Source: Octopus sinensis
Lineage: Eukaryota
Assembly: GCF_006345805.1 (NCBI RefSeq)
Contig: NC_043003.1
Span: forward strand, 45,012,001 to 45,076,000
Reading direction: 5' to 3'
DNA length: 64,000 nucleotides
In this document: piece by piece, positions 1 to 12,621 of the stretch
How the letters are laid out: each line of letters begins with the position of its first letter
How positions within the stretch are numbered: position 1 is the stretch's first letter
Program-made: the position numbers and the translations under genes
Notes under the pieces: generated by a model
Databases searched by the model: none
Seen by the model: the letters and a program-made list of their open reading frames with translations, nothing else
What the model was told of the DNA's origin: nothing

Positions 1-46
1 ACAAGGGGACAAACACAGACACACAAACACATACATACATGCATAC

Positions 47-111
<65 letters not shown>

Positions 112-157
112 TACGTATACGATGGGCTTCTTTCAGTTTCCGTCTACCAAATCCACT
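1..157 (-). mobile_element. tRNA-derived SINE, family A (composite, central TA/CA microsatellite), partial
   Basis: Matches the reverse complement of the copy at 2466-2876 (gggcttctttcagtttccgtctaccaaatccact; ggggacaaacacagacac). Cut by the window start. Confidence 0.8.
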
Positions 158-925
158 GCTTTCAAAGTACGTTAGAATAGGCAGAGGTAAGAGACAATGT
201 GCCTTCAGGACAAAGACATGATTGCGCCTATGAATGCATTGAAACCCATCGGTCTAGTGTAGGGAATGTTCACTGAGCAAATGATATCTGTCTAAAACAT
301 ATGATTATTTATTTATTGTTTATTCTAAGAATCATCATACTCGAAAATAAATATATAATTGTAAAACTTCGTTGAAATTACAAATGTTCTTATTTCAACA
401 TAGACGTTTTATTAAATCCATATGTTTAATTATGTTAAGAACTTTAAAAAAGAATATATATGATTGAATTATTAACAGAAAATTCGTTAATAATTTTTTT
501 ATCTGCACCGCAGAGATGAACTGCAATATCTATGCCGCTGTGAATTAAAACAAAATTACATTAATACATAAATTGTACTAAAAATATAAGACACTAAATC
601 TGATTATGAGAGGGAAACGTTATCCTGACTCTGATATTCTGACGTATTTCTTCTATGTTTTCCTTGCATCCGTTTTTTTCCCCTTTCTCCCACTGATTGC
701 AATCATTTACATACGGAGACTTACACACAGACACGCAAAGACACACACGCACACAAACTCACACACATAGCAAAGAGAAAGCTTTCTTGTGGCTATGAGT
801 TCTTTTAACGCATATTTCTAGCAATGTTAGTGATAACTAGTACCCTTAGTCACTATAATGTCGTCTACTCCTTTCGGTTGTAAAGTACGAATATTCTACC
901 TTTATTATATATATATATATATATA

Positions 926-1338
926 GTGACGTATTTTTGCCATTTCAATATCGCTAACCCCTAACGGTGGATGCTACTGTAGTTTTTAGCCCCAGGAGGA
1001 CACACTCCTCCAGCTGGCCATAGACACACTATCTGTGTCCTGTCAGTATTTGCAAAGGGAAGTCATCCTTCCCGTCTTCAACTTATGATACACACGGACT
1101 CGAGTTTCGAGGTATTGACCTCTCGTCAGCGTGTGACAATCATAGTCAATACCTCGAAACTCGAGTCCGTGTGTATCATAAGTTGAAGACGGGAAGGATG
1201 ACTTCCCTTTGCAAATACTGACAGGACACAGATAGTGGGTCTATGGCCAGCTGGAGGAGTGTGTCCTCCTGGGGCTAAAAACTACAGTAGCATCCACCCT
1301 TAGGGGTTAGCCATATTGAAATGGCAAAAATACGTCAC
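926..1338. repeat. Fold-back: two 194-bp inverted arms (926-1119, 1145-1338) with a 25-nt spacer; PLE pseudo-LTR-like
   Basis: The arms are reverse complements with about 3 mismatches by eye. The left arm starts directly after (TA)n 905-925. The spacer holds the 5' half of a hammerhead. Confidence 0.95.
1084..1144 (-). ncRNA. Type I hammerhead ribozyme, intact core
   Basis: Minus strand reads UAUGAU-UGU-CACACG CUGACGA GAGG-ucaaua-CCUC GAAA C-UCGA-GUC^CGUGUG-U-AUCAUA. All core nucleotides are present. Stem I is 6+6 bp with an internal loop, stem II is 4 bp, stem III is the palindrome ACUCGAGU. Predicted cut between 1097 and 1096. Confidence 0.9.
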
Positions 1339-1398
1339 GATGTGTTACCGCTACTGTATATAACTCACTTTGATATTTATCATTGTTATATATATATA

Positions 1399-1445
<47 letters not shown>

Positions 1446-1446
<1 letters not shown>

Positions 1447-1714
1447 TAAGCAATAAAAGGTTTAGCAACGAATTGCCTTACCACATACCGAATTTAGAAA
1501 TAGCAGTCAAAGAGTTATAGCTATTTCTTCTACTAAATATATATTTAAATATTAATATGACAACCAAAGAATGAATGAGATCTCGATAGTATGTAAAATA
1601 TAGGAATTTATCTACAAATATAATAAGTGGCAATTAGTTGGTTGTCAATAAAACTCAGAATTACGAATACCGGGGCTGAACTCTGCCCCGGCACCTCATC
1701 AGTTATTAAGACAA
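1446..1714 (-). mobile_element. PLE pseudo-LTR-like repeat ending at (TA)n 1387-1445
   Basis: HHR at the 5' end, about 195 nt of unique sequence, then a (TA)n tract; same layout as the other HHR repeats in the window. Confidence 0.55.
1642..1714 (-). ncRNA. Type I hammerhead ribozyme, extended form, one core substitution (GAAA>GUAA)
   Basis: Minus strand reads UUGUC-UU-AAUAA CUGAUGA GGUGCCGGGGC-agaguuca-GCCCCGGUAUUC GUAA UUCUGAG UU^UUAUU-GACAA. Stem I is 5+5 bp with a UU bulge, and stem II is long and GC-rich. Confidence 0.75.
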
Positions 1715-2465
1715 ACGCTATGGAAAAAAAAAAACGTTGAATAAATGGAAATTACTCCAATAGGCATGGGGAAGGTAATACTTCGTTCATAGAATACGCA
1801 TATGTACACATATATACACACACACACACTCACGTACATGTGTGCACAAACACACACACATATGTATATATATATACATTCACACTCGCGTTTACGTGTA
1901 CATATAAACACATATATACATATATATGTCTACGCATACACGCACATACGCATATATACCCATGCATGCATCACTACGCTCATATACACATCTCTACACG
2001 CACACACACATGTATACGCGGATGGACGTATCTACAAACAAAAACGTACGTTAATAACATAAACCGTAAAGCATTCACATTCGCCGCAAAATTTGAATTT
2101 ACAAGCGAGTTATATATGTATACACACAAATACACACTCCTGTCTGTCAACAAGTCTACACCTGCAGATATATAAACGTATACACATACATATATGTATG
2201 AAGGAAAGAGATAAGTACAACAGGTAGAGTCTTGCACTCGTTTATATACAATCATTCGTACACATGTATATATTATACACGCACATACACATTAAGTATA
2301 TACTACACGCGTATAAGTTATACAATTATAAAGGGTGAAAAATAATATACAGAAAAACTATGTATAAAGCAATATATTATATATAAGAAATATATGAGAT
2401 GTTAAGACAATCGAAAAGCTTGTACGTGGGTATAATATAAAAAGCAGGTTCTCTCTGTGTTTTAT

Positions 2466-2876
2466 AGGCACAGGAGAGAGGCTCTGTTGTAAGTGGCTTG
2501 CTTACCAACCACATGGCTCCTGGTTCATTCCCACTGCGTGGCACCTTGTGCAAGTGTCTTCTACTATAGCCTCGGGCCGACCAAAACCGTGTGAGTGGAT
2601 TTGTTAGACGGAAACTGAAAGAGGCCCGTCGTATATATGTACATATGTATGTGTGTGTATATGTTTGTGTGTCTGTGTTTGTCCCCGCCAACATTGCTTG
2701 ACAACCGATGCTAGTTTGTTCATGTCCCCGTAACTTAGTGGTTCGGCAAAAGAGACCGATAGAATAAGGACTAGGCTTACAGAGAATAAGTCTTGGGGTC
2801 GATTTTCCCGAATAAAGACGATGCTCCAGCATAGCCGCAGTCAAATAACTGAAACAAGTAAAAGAGTAAAAGAGTA
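2466..2876 (+). mobile_element. SINE family A, near full length
   Basis: tRNA-like head (gttcattcccactgcgtggcacc), central microsatellite, 3' body ending aaaagagtaaaagagta. Many homologous copies occur in this window. Confidence 0.85.
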
Positions 2877-2984
2877 ATTATGATTGATTGGAAAATGCCT
2901 ATCTATAAGTGATAAGAAATATCTACCTATATTAAAGGTCACTTCGGGAGATCAAGGTGTTGTGAACCAGATAATTTTCCTACT

Positions 2985-3235
2985 ATTTTTCCAAATTTTT
3001 GTTTGTGCATAGGTTATATCCTCGCTAAAACCACTATCTTTTAGAGCTTTATCATATATTGGGGCAACACTAGTAAAAATGTTTATATTGGAGAAGAGGC
3101 TAGAAAATATCTTGCTAATGTTTTTAACTAAATTCTTGAATACTATGGGGGATGGCAGGAACGTATATTAGTATAGCTAAGTCTATCGTTGGGCTTTCTC
3201 ATACATTATGACAATATAGCAAGGATTGTCCATTG
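2985..3235 (-). mobile_element. Penelope-like element, RT C-terminal remnant
   Basis: Translates PIVFKNLVKNISKIFSSLFSNINIFTSVAPIYDKALKDSGFSEDITY, resembling the PLE RT thumb/linker pattern (AL..SG....I.Y). Confidence 0.6.
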
Positions 3236-3345
3236 GACACTTTGTTTGCAACAAGTAGGGAATTGACAGAGCAAAAATGTGGTACGAACATAAACCCGAA
3301 GGCATCATCGAAAATGATAGTGTAGAGATATTATTGGATTTCATG
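3236..3345 (+). mobile_element. R4/Dong-type LINE C-terminal fragment
   Basis: WYEHKPEGIIENDSVEILLDFMIH aligns with WYRHTPENVTENEKATILWDMPIH of the element at 52481-56580. Confidence 0.65.
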
Positions 3346-3352
3346 ATTCACT

Positions 3353-3630
3353 GCTAAGTGACAGGGATGTAAACTCACCAGCATCGGTTGTCAAGCGCTG
3401 TTGGGAGGACAAACACAGACATATACACACAATTATATACATACACATAAATATATATATATATATCGACGGGCTTCTTTCAGTTTCCTCTACCAAATCC
3501 ACACTCAAGGCTTTGGTCAGCCCGAGGCTATAGTAGAAGTCACCTGCCCAAGGTGCCACGCAGTGGGACTAAACCCGGAACAATGTGGTTGGTAAGCAAG
3601 CTACTTACCAAACAGCCACTCTTGCGCCTA
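3353..3630 (-). mobile_element. SINE family A
   Basis: Reverse-complement homology to 2466-2876. Confidence 0.85.
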
Positions 3631-4377
3631 TATATAAATGAGTTTTTTTGGTGGGGTTAAAATATACTAAATGAAACATCTTACAATGGAATGTTTAAAA
3701 TATAAGCGCTTATGCACAAACAAAATATAATTAGTACTACTCTCTTGATTATTAACCATATTCATACAGTGTACTTTTAGCGCAAGTTGTCTTTCAGAAA
3801 TGAATATATTAACATTGTTTCTTCTAATCACTCAAAAATCGTTTTCGCTCGAGCTAAACATAGGCAATCGCTGAAAGGTTGCTCCGACAATATTAACATA
3901 TGTCCTTTCTTAATTATTTGGTAGACATCTATTTCTACACTTGTGATATTGTTACTCTTTTTTTATCCCGCAAAATTTAAATTTTAATGGGAATTCTTAA
4001 TTGAAATGAATCACAAGAAAATAAATACAATAGCAATAATGAATTGCCAGTTTGTCACAAAGGTACATATATTTTGGGAAAGGATATAGTCGATTTTATC
4101 GATCTAAGTACTTAACTTATAATTATTTATCTCATTAGTGACGGAAAGACGAAAATCAATTGGCAGCAGTAAATTCTGAATTCATTGCTTAAAGGAACTA
4201 AACTAAAGAACTTTAAGTGTGTTCTCCATTGAAATACGAATTCTACGAACTCTTAACGTAGTGAGTTATATATGCGTACATGTGGAAGACAACAGACTCC
4301 AAAGAATGCCTTACAATTTTTAGTACAGTAAAATAGAAAATTATGTTGCTTAATATGTTACAGTATAAAAGACGATG

Positions 4378-4790
4378 ATCTGGCAGAAGCGTTAACGAGC
4401 CAGGCGAAATGCTTAGTAGCTGTCTTTTCTGTTTACGTTCAAATTTCGCCAAGGTCACCTTTGCCTTTCATCCTTTCGTGGTCGATGAATTAAATGCTTG
4501 TTGCGTACTGGGATCGATCTAATCTACTGGCCCTCTCCCTAAAAACATTTCGGGCTTGTACCTAGATTAGAAAATATTATAAAAGTCGGTGAGCTGGCAG
4601 AAACGTTTACACGCCGGGCGAAATTTTTAGCGGTATTTCGTCTGCCGTTACGTTCTGAGTTCAAATTCCGCCGAGATGGACTTTAAATTTCATCCTTTCG
4701 GGGTTCAATTATGCACAAAGGTCGATGTAATCGACTTAATTCCTTTGTCTTTGTTTGTCCCATCTATGTTTAGCCACCTGAGGGCAATAT
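4378..4790 (+). mobile_element. Two adjacent family B SINEs (tRNA-like head; central gcctttcatcctttcggggtcgat block)
   Basis: Homologous to 6535-6764, 12622-12950 and 34032-34446. The central block resembles the Meta/MESC SINE domain (from memory, unverified). Confidence 0.75.
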
Positions 4791-4796
4791 AAATAT

Positions 4797-5080
4797 ACTA
4801 GCTATTTTGACCCGTGCTTCGCTCGGGTTTCGGTAGTGGTGTTGTTTTATGTATGTTGTCTCCTTTTCCCTTTCTTCTTTTGTTCGACTTCTTTGCTTGG
4901 TTCTTTTTATTGCTCTCTTCTTTACCCTATTTTTCCAAAATCCCCCATATTTTTACACCCACATTTAAAGATAACCGCCACTAGTCCCAGCAGCCACACG
5001 AAAATCCACCATTATTCAAACAGCGCAACCTGTCTATCCCATAAAACTCCTCACCATGGCAACCAAACGGTAGACCCCGA
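4797..5080 (+). mobile_element. Possible non-autonomous Helitron/Helentron terminus
   Basis: ACTAG followed by the hairpin ACCCG-tgcttcgct-CGGGT (4810-4828), a typical rolling-circle element end. The right boundary is a guess. Confidence 0.4.
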
Positions 5081-6153
5081 GTGACTTGCAACCCACATCA
5101 CACCATTGCTCACCCCATTTTACCCTCCAGTGTAAATTTTGGCGCCAATCCGACCCCATCTACCGCCCGTTAATCCGTTCCCATACCAAAATGAGACAAA
5201 TAACCAAGAAATCAAACAGCTTTTTCGCATTTCAGCTGTATAGATATTGATTGCATTATACGCAATGTGATGTGAGGCATCCAGCAACAGGACCTCCGTA
5301 ATACTATGATGGACCGTGAAGTCTGATGCAACATAGTAAATTCCATTGTCTCGACCACGGTCGAACAATGATGATGATGATATTCTACGTTATCATAATT
5401 GCTTCTGCTTATTACATGCCACCTCCTCTCTGCCATTCCTCAGATACTGGTCTCCCAAAGTAGTATTGCCAAATTTACTGTCTCCTGCACTCACCACAGC
5501 ACGCAGACCATGTTTCCCACAATAGGACACCCTTCGTGTTCACTTATCGACTTAAAAGTTTTTATACTGTACTCATAAGTTATCAAACATTTGTGCCAAG
5601 TGGACTTGTGGTAGTTTTGAGTACTGCAACACTCCAAAATTGAGAAAGCAAAATAAAATTTAATTATTACTTTTTAACGAAACACCTCATCTCAATTGCT
5701 GTTTGAAGTGCTAGATGTATCAGCTAGACTTCAGCAAATTGCCTAATGCCTTAAAGCATTACACATCAAAGATTATAATCAGGAATGCACAAGAATGAGC
5801 TAAATCAAATAGTCCGCCTATTTATTGAAACCTGAATTTCATATCAAGAAATGATGAAATAATTCACACTTCACAAATTCTTACACAATTACAGACCAAT
5901 ATTATAAATTCTCTCACAAGAAATAAAGGAGACTGCAAAATAATACAAGAAACGATAAAACAAATGCAACTTCAGGCATTGCTTACTGAACGTGCTTTCC
6001 TACAACATTCGCATGAAATAATATGAAATGGGAATAAAAATTCTCAAATTTCTCACTTCACAAGCAGTTGTCTGCTTTAGTTCTTTTCTTTTTTAAAATA
6101 TTATGTGTGTGTGTGTATGTGTGAGTGTGTGTGTGCATACATACATACATACA

Positions 6154-6222
<69 letters not shown>

Positions 6223-6459
6223 TTGAGCAATGGACAGCAATATTTGTCTTTCAAGTTTTTTCTATATTTCGGAAAATCGTTATGCAATTACGTTCTGCTC
6301 GGTAGAGATTAAATGCGATTACATTATAGCAGTGCGCAAAATATGAACAATATATAAAACAATGACTGAAACTTAATGCGCAGCGTTGTATTAAACAGAT
6401 TCAAAATGTAAGTTCGTTTAGACATTTAACTCCCCTGCCCTCACACCCAGCCCCAATCC

Positions 6460-7050
6460 CCAACCCCACAAAAAAGGCCTGTCTCATCAATACTGAAAGC
6501 ATTTGCTGCGTTACATATTATCCTTCGACGATAAAGTGGTGAGCTGGCAGTACCGTTAGCACGCCGGGCGAAATGCGTAGCCGAATTTCGTCTGCCGTTA
6601 CGTTTTGAGTTCAAATTCTGCCGAGGTCGACTTTGCCTTTCATCATTTCGGGGTCGATAAATTAAGTACCAGTTACGCACTGGGGTCAATGTAATCGACT
6701 AAATTCGTTTGTCTGTCCTTGTTTGTCCCCTCTATGTTTAGTCACTTGTGGGTAGTAAAGAAACATTATCCTTCGACGATAATATTTTGCAGCAGTGATA
6801 GGAAAGTAGTTGCTGCTGGCTATGTTGACGCTTGCAGATCTGCTGACGAGCTTGTACGTGAAGCAATTAGAGCGATTCTCGAAACTTAGACGAATTTTGA
6901 ATTCTAACAGTTGAAACCTCGTCTGTTTTTTACCTCATCATATACGCATAAGGATTTTAGTTGAGCGGCGTCTAGCAAACAAGGTAGATTACACCAGTCT
7001 GTTTCCCCAGATCAATTGAAAGACCTTTCTATAGTTTCATGTAAGTTGGC
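6460..7050 (-). mobile_element. pogo/Tigger-like DDE transposase remnant, interrupted by a SINE
   Basis: NAFSIDETGLF (the N.DETGLF motif) at about 6473-6510, with upstream helix-turn-helix-region similarity at 6790-6900. Confidence 0.55.
6535..6764 (+). mobile_element. SINE family B with an 18-bp target-site duplication
   Basis: attatccttcgacgataa at 6517-6534 and 6765-6782 flanks the element exactly. Confidence 0.92.
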
Positions 7051-7789
7051 TCTATTCCTATTTCATTTTGCAGCAACTGAAGATATACCTTGAGAATAAG
7101 CTATTGTTTTTCTTCAACCGTTTTGCGAATTGTTCCACTGATTTAGATTGCAGAATCAGGGTTGCACCGGTCTATATAGCTTATTTCTGTATGTGTAACC
7201 CATCTTGTTGCGGCAGAGGTGTAGAACACAAGATATTTCGTTCCCGGATGTCCAGTAACAAGTTGCATTTCCTCAGACAATTTAGACATGTTATTAAATG
7301 AAAATTATAAGTTGTGACAATTAAACCAATAAAAGCAGTAAGCGGCGAACGTACTGATTAAAACAAAGCGACTGAATGATGAACGGTTATTAAGTCTATC
7401 ATAAAATTAGTCCGGTTTTGTTACTTTTGGTTTTGAAATGATAGTCACTAGAAAGGGAATATTATAAATTTCGTGGCAAAACGTTGTGTTCATCGCTGTT
7501 GTCTATTTTCACTTTGAGCTACATAACTAAATTTCCGGATCTGCAACCCAAATGTCTCAGAACGTTTCGCAAAAAGGTCGAAAACTTAAAACTTGCTTTC
7601 AAATTTTAGTGCCTTTAGCTTTCACAAAATGAAATAGCTATAGAACCAGCTTAAAAGAAAATATCGAAAGATATTAACCTGAGGTAGATTCAATTCACCT
7701 TGTATGTTAGACATCACTCAAATAAAATTACCACGTATATTTGATGAGCTAATTAAAGGATGACGTCTTACTGCTAGGATGAGAATTTG

Positions 7790-8010
7790 AGATCAGAAAT
7801 CGAGATTGGTTTGAGCGTTTCATAAATATCTCAAAATTGCTTCATATACAAGAGAATCAGCAGATCTGCAAGTTCTACCATGGCAAACAACAACTGCTTT
7901 CCCATCATTACTGAAAAGCATTATCATGCAACGGTGGAATTGTTTTAGTAGACACGCTTGTTTTGGGAATAAATGTGAAAACCAACTCGCATTTCGAAAA
8001 CAAAAATAAC
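7790..8010 (+). mobile_element. Second pogo/Tigger-like remnant, inverted relative to 6460-7050
   Basis: 7835-7920 (aattgcttcatatacaag...cagcagatctgcaag) is homologous to the reverse complement of 6790-6875. DWFERF resembles GW..RFK. Confidence 0.5.
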
Positions 8011-8997
8011 TCAGCATAACTGAGGATGTTAAAGAAATTGTATGACTCTCATACTTCGTGGCATTCTTCCAAAGTATCAAAGGCTAAAGCGAGAGGCTAC
8101 TTATCATTCTAAGATTCCAGTAGCTATGAATGAATTCGCTTATTTTCCCGTTCTCGTAAAAAGGCGATCATGAGAAAATGAGTGGATCACTAGAACTGTG
8201 TTTCAAAATTGATTTAATTCTTGTTTCTCTCCAAATGTCAAAGATTATTGCTAGGATAAAAATCATTAAAATATATTATTGCTTCTTGAGAAGCAATGCC
8301 ATAAGGCATTTCAACTGACAGATGACGTTCGAGTAGCCTTCCCGCCTCCAAATTCTACCATCTTGATTCTAAACTGAAGCCGGTGGGTATTACTACATTC
8401 GATTTACTGTGCTGCAATTCATGAAATTCTCAGATGTCAAAACTAAACCAATGCTCAAGGGATTTTGATGTGGTTGCCAAATGAAGAGTGCTCTTGAAAA
8501 TTTGACAGAGGTATGAGCGACAAATGGAATCGGCCACAATGCATCTTGTTTTGTATAAAATGTATCCAAACTGCATAGCACTTTTACTGGATAAGTAGGC
8601 CAAAACAAAATGTTTATCAAAAGACTATTATGGTAGCAATTCATGTTAGATTAGATAAAATAAATCAAATGTATGGTAGAATTTATAGGATCTGTATAAC
8701 AAAGTTTAAAACAAGGAATGTTTGAAGTATCTAGTTGGCCGTTTATTGAAGTATCTAGTTGGCCATTTATCTCACTAAATACTTACTGTAAGCATACACT
8801 GCAGAAATATAATAATTGCTTGAATCATTGAACCTAAAATAAAATTGATTTTATTTCCCAACATTTCATTTCTCAAAAGCATATCAGCTTGGGTGCAGGC
8901 GAATGGCTTAGTTGTTAGAGTATTGGATTCATAATCGAGCAATTGTGTTTCGACTGTTTGACTTGGCGAAGTATTGTGCTCTTGAGGAAAATACTTC

Positions 8998-9054
8998 TGA
9001 ACCCGGAAACATGTAGTTGGTAAGCAAGCTACTTACCGCACAGCCACTTCTGCG

Positions 9055-9058
<4 letters not shown>
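8998..9058 (-). mobile_element. SINE family A head fragment
   Basis: ggtaagcaagctacttacc...cagccact..tgcgcc, as in the other copies. Confidence 0.75.
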
Positions 9059-9095
<37 letters not shown>

Positions 9096-9098
<3 letters not shown>

Positions 9099-9277
9099 AG
9101 ATCGCTAGCCACTACACATTCCTTTTCTCTCCTTGTTTCTTTTTGTGTGCCTTTCAGTGGAAGAGCGTAGGCTCGAAACGTTAAAGACTTTTTCATTTAT
9201 CGAGCATTATACTAATATATCTCTTTCTTGTCTACACCACCTGTCTTCGTATTTTGTTGTTTTTATGAATTCTCCCT
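9096..9277 (+). mobile_element. PLE pseudo-LTR-like repeat with a degenerate minimal HHR (9151-9186), between microsatellites
   Basis: CUUU cAGUGGA A GAGC-guag-GCUC GAAAC GUU AAAG: stems I and II and GAAAC-GUH are present, but the CUGANGA box is altered. The 3' end recurs at 43132-43179. Confidence 0.55.
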
Positions 9278-9344
9278 CTGTCTCTCTCTGTCTCTCTGTC
9301 TCTCTGTCTCTCTCTCTGTCTCTCTGTCTCTCTGTATATATATA

Positions 9345-9393
<49 letters not shown>

Positions 9394-10279
9394 TTACATA
9401 TATACGCTATGAAACTTGAAATTGGCCATTATGTGTCGGTATGACTCGAGAGTTAAATTTACCTTTAACAACTTGCTGTACTGAGTACTGAGAGTAAGTG
9501 CTGAAACACGACTAACACTAGTAATAATAAAGTGACTCAAATTTTGAAGCAAAGCGAATAATATATTACATCGACGGAAGTACTTGACTGATACGTTGTG
9601 CTATCGATCCAGAAAGAATGAAAAGTAAAGGTAACCCCAGTAGAACTGAACTCAGAACGTAAAGGACCGGAAGAGATGACACTAAGCCTTTTCCCCATGC
9701 GTCTGATACATCTGAAAGGCATTTTAGCTACGCACCATCATAATCAACAAAAACAACAACACATAAAACAGATGGTAACATGATAAAATATTCTCGGAGT
9801 ATGCCAACGCAACCATTCCTCTGAAGCATCTCTATTTCATACAGCAAGCGACATTAAAGAAAAACGGTCTCATATTAAGGCAACAAGGACAAGTGAAATA
9901 ATTAGTATGTGATTGTTTACCGGATTCCAAGTGACAATGAATATCTAAATGAAATAGATATCTAAATATCTGTCGGGACACCGTGTTTCGTTATGCTACA
10001 AAGTATGATTTATAATAATATATAACAAAGTATAATTTCTATAGAAATTTTATAGCGATAACCTTAACATATATTTGCATAGCCCGATGTGAGAGGTGAA
10101 AAATATAACCGGAGTAATAATCCTTTCTTATATAGGCACAAGGCTTAAAGATATTAGTGGGAGGGCATTACTTGATTACATTGACTTCGGTATATGGCTG
10201 GTACTTATTTCATCGACTGCAAAATAATACAAGAAACGATAAAACAAATGCAACTTCAGGCATTGCTTACTTTGGAAAA

Positions 10280-10690
10280 TGCGCCTCAATCTGAGATCTT
10301 TTGCTGGCTATAGATGCATAGAAAGCTTTTTTAATGAAGGTTGACCATTCAGCTTCACATGTTTGGCAAGGCATTGGAAAGATTTCTTAAATAAGATTAT
10401 CAGTTGATTGTGCACACAAGGTTCCCCTCGCCTGTAATAATCCTCAAAGTGACAGTCAATACGATACTAGTCTGGTCGTCATAGACACGGCTTCAATAAC
10501 GATGGAAGACGAACAGCTAGTACTGATACCACAAAGCATAGTTGCAATAATCTGCCAATTGATAAACTTGGATTGATACCATCGCTGTCAAGAGCATAAT
10601 CATGAAACGGAAAAGTAACTGCACGAGATTTTAAATCACCGTGCGGAATTTCAGAATAAACACAGCGATGCACTTCATCACACTGTCAAT
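10280..10690 (-). mobile_element. Highly decayed mariner-like transposase remnant
   Basis: PFHDYALDSDGI is weakly like the ML..WWD..GI motif; there is no long ORF. Confidence 0.3.
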
Positions 10691-12053
10691 TCGTGTCATT
10701 CAGCATCTATGCGTATGGACTCGAGCATTCCAACCGTTAAGTCGGCTCCTAGTCTGCTAGAAATAGCAGTCAAGCATCTGTCAAATAACACCTATCCGTT
10801 TGTCCTTGCGTATTAGTTCTCTGCATTGTGGAATATCTCGAAATGCTCACGGCTAAAAGTAACGCACAATAATGAATTTTGTATGGGGTGCAGGATATAT
10901 ACATACCTCTATATAAATTGCACTTAAAGCACAATATGTATTAGTAAATAATGGCGGTGCCTCAGCATGGCCACAGCCTCAAGGCTGAAACATATAAAGA
11001 AAAGATAGAATGAGACCGTAACGTCATACATTTACGATCGTTTTCATAGCAATGAGCATATTCTACAGATGTGATACGAAGGGACACATTAGGTATGTGT
11101 CTTGAAATGCGACACTTACATATACAAACACGAAAAAAATACTTATTCAGAACATAGTGTATTTTGGTGTGTACGTGTAAAATCCTAAGTATGCGTGTAT
11201 ATACGCATTCATGTGATTGCGTACTTCAGATTGTGCTTTTGAATTAATATATAGTTACGTGTTTAAGTACGTGTGCATATATACACATTTATACGCATAT
11301 ATATATATATATGTATATATGTGTGCTTTAATATCGATGTTGTGTGTGTGTGTGTGGTGTGTGTGTGTGTGGTGTGTGTGTGTGTGTGTCTGTGTATTGT
11401 TCGTGTACGACTGTGTGCGGAGGTATGAGTGTGAGTCTATATTACTAATCCTCAGAAACTTTTATTCAAGCTGACAGCTTTCAGGATCCAAGTATTCTGT
11501 GACGCCATAATTTATTTCTTGTCAGTCTTCCGTTTTCTCAGTCCTTCCCTCCGAATAGTTCTCCTTCACAAATTATAGACTACACATTTCTAAACATAAT
11601 TTAAACCTAAATACTCACATATTTGCATGCACACACATACGCACATACATATACACACACGCAAATAAAAACATGCATAAATACATACATATATTCATAC
11701 GTATATGCATTGAAACATAAGCATATATATATACACACACACACACACGCCCGATACATATATAGATATAAACATGCATACTTACATAAATACATACATA
11801 CATACATAGATACATACATACATACATACATACATACATACATACTAATTTACGTACTTAGGCAGTGAATGGTACTCCAAAAGAATCAAATTCGTACAAC
11901 GGCATACACACAAACCGACGTAACCATAGTAATACACATATATATTACATAAGTATGTGTATATGAGCTTGCGTATATACTGGCGTAGGCACATGGCGTT
12001 GATCGGGTACCAACTATATAGAAATTATATTCTTCTGTATATATTTCCATTGT

Positions 12054-12430
12054 GAAGGTGCGTAGCTTAATTGTTAAGGTATTCGGTTGACGATCGCAAG
12101 GTCGTGAGTTCGATTTCCGTGGACAACTCGAGTCCCTAGTTGTGGCCTAGTTGTTAGGGGTGTTGGCTCGTAAGATTGTGCCGTCGATCCCTGGACCGGG
12201 CGACTCGTTGTGTCTCTGAGCAAAACACTTCATTACAAGTTGTTAGTCTTGTCACTTCAAAACACTTCATTACAAGTGTTAGTCTTATCACTTTTTGTAT
12301 CACGCTGTATTTCACTGAGAACTATGTTAAGGATACACGTGTTTGTGGAGTGCTCATCTACTTTTACGTTCATTTCACCTGCAGTCAGTTCCGTTGATCG
12401 GATCCACTGGAAACCGCGTCGGCGTAACTA
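12054..12430 (+). mobile_element. Chimeric tRNA-headed SINE (family C) with a doubled head
   Basis: A/B-box-like heads at 12054-12125 and 12141-12205. The 3' body is homologous to 29580-29730. Confidence 0.65.
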
Positions 12431-12621
12431 ACGGAATACCAGTTTAGTATATTTTCGTTAAACGCAGCCGAATAGATCGAAGCGAGGAATGTGCAAAATT
12501 CTCATTCACAGTTTCTCCTATGACAATATCACCGAGAGCCTCTTCTCAACTAAGCGAATTTGTATTATGTCCGCCCAAACCATTTGTTATGCATTTTACA
12601 ATCAATACTATGCAACCCCTA

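Noticed and set aside
5200-5640. Possible Helitron replicase remnant
   Set aside because: Only a vague resemblance in translation; no diagnostic motif recovered.
12054-12205. tRNA-like A/B boxes here and at about 2470, 8890, 18850 and 29415
   Set aside because: They continue directly into SINE bodies and I could not fold a full cloverleaf; they are SINE heads, not tRNA genes.
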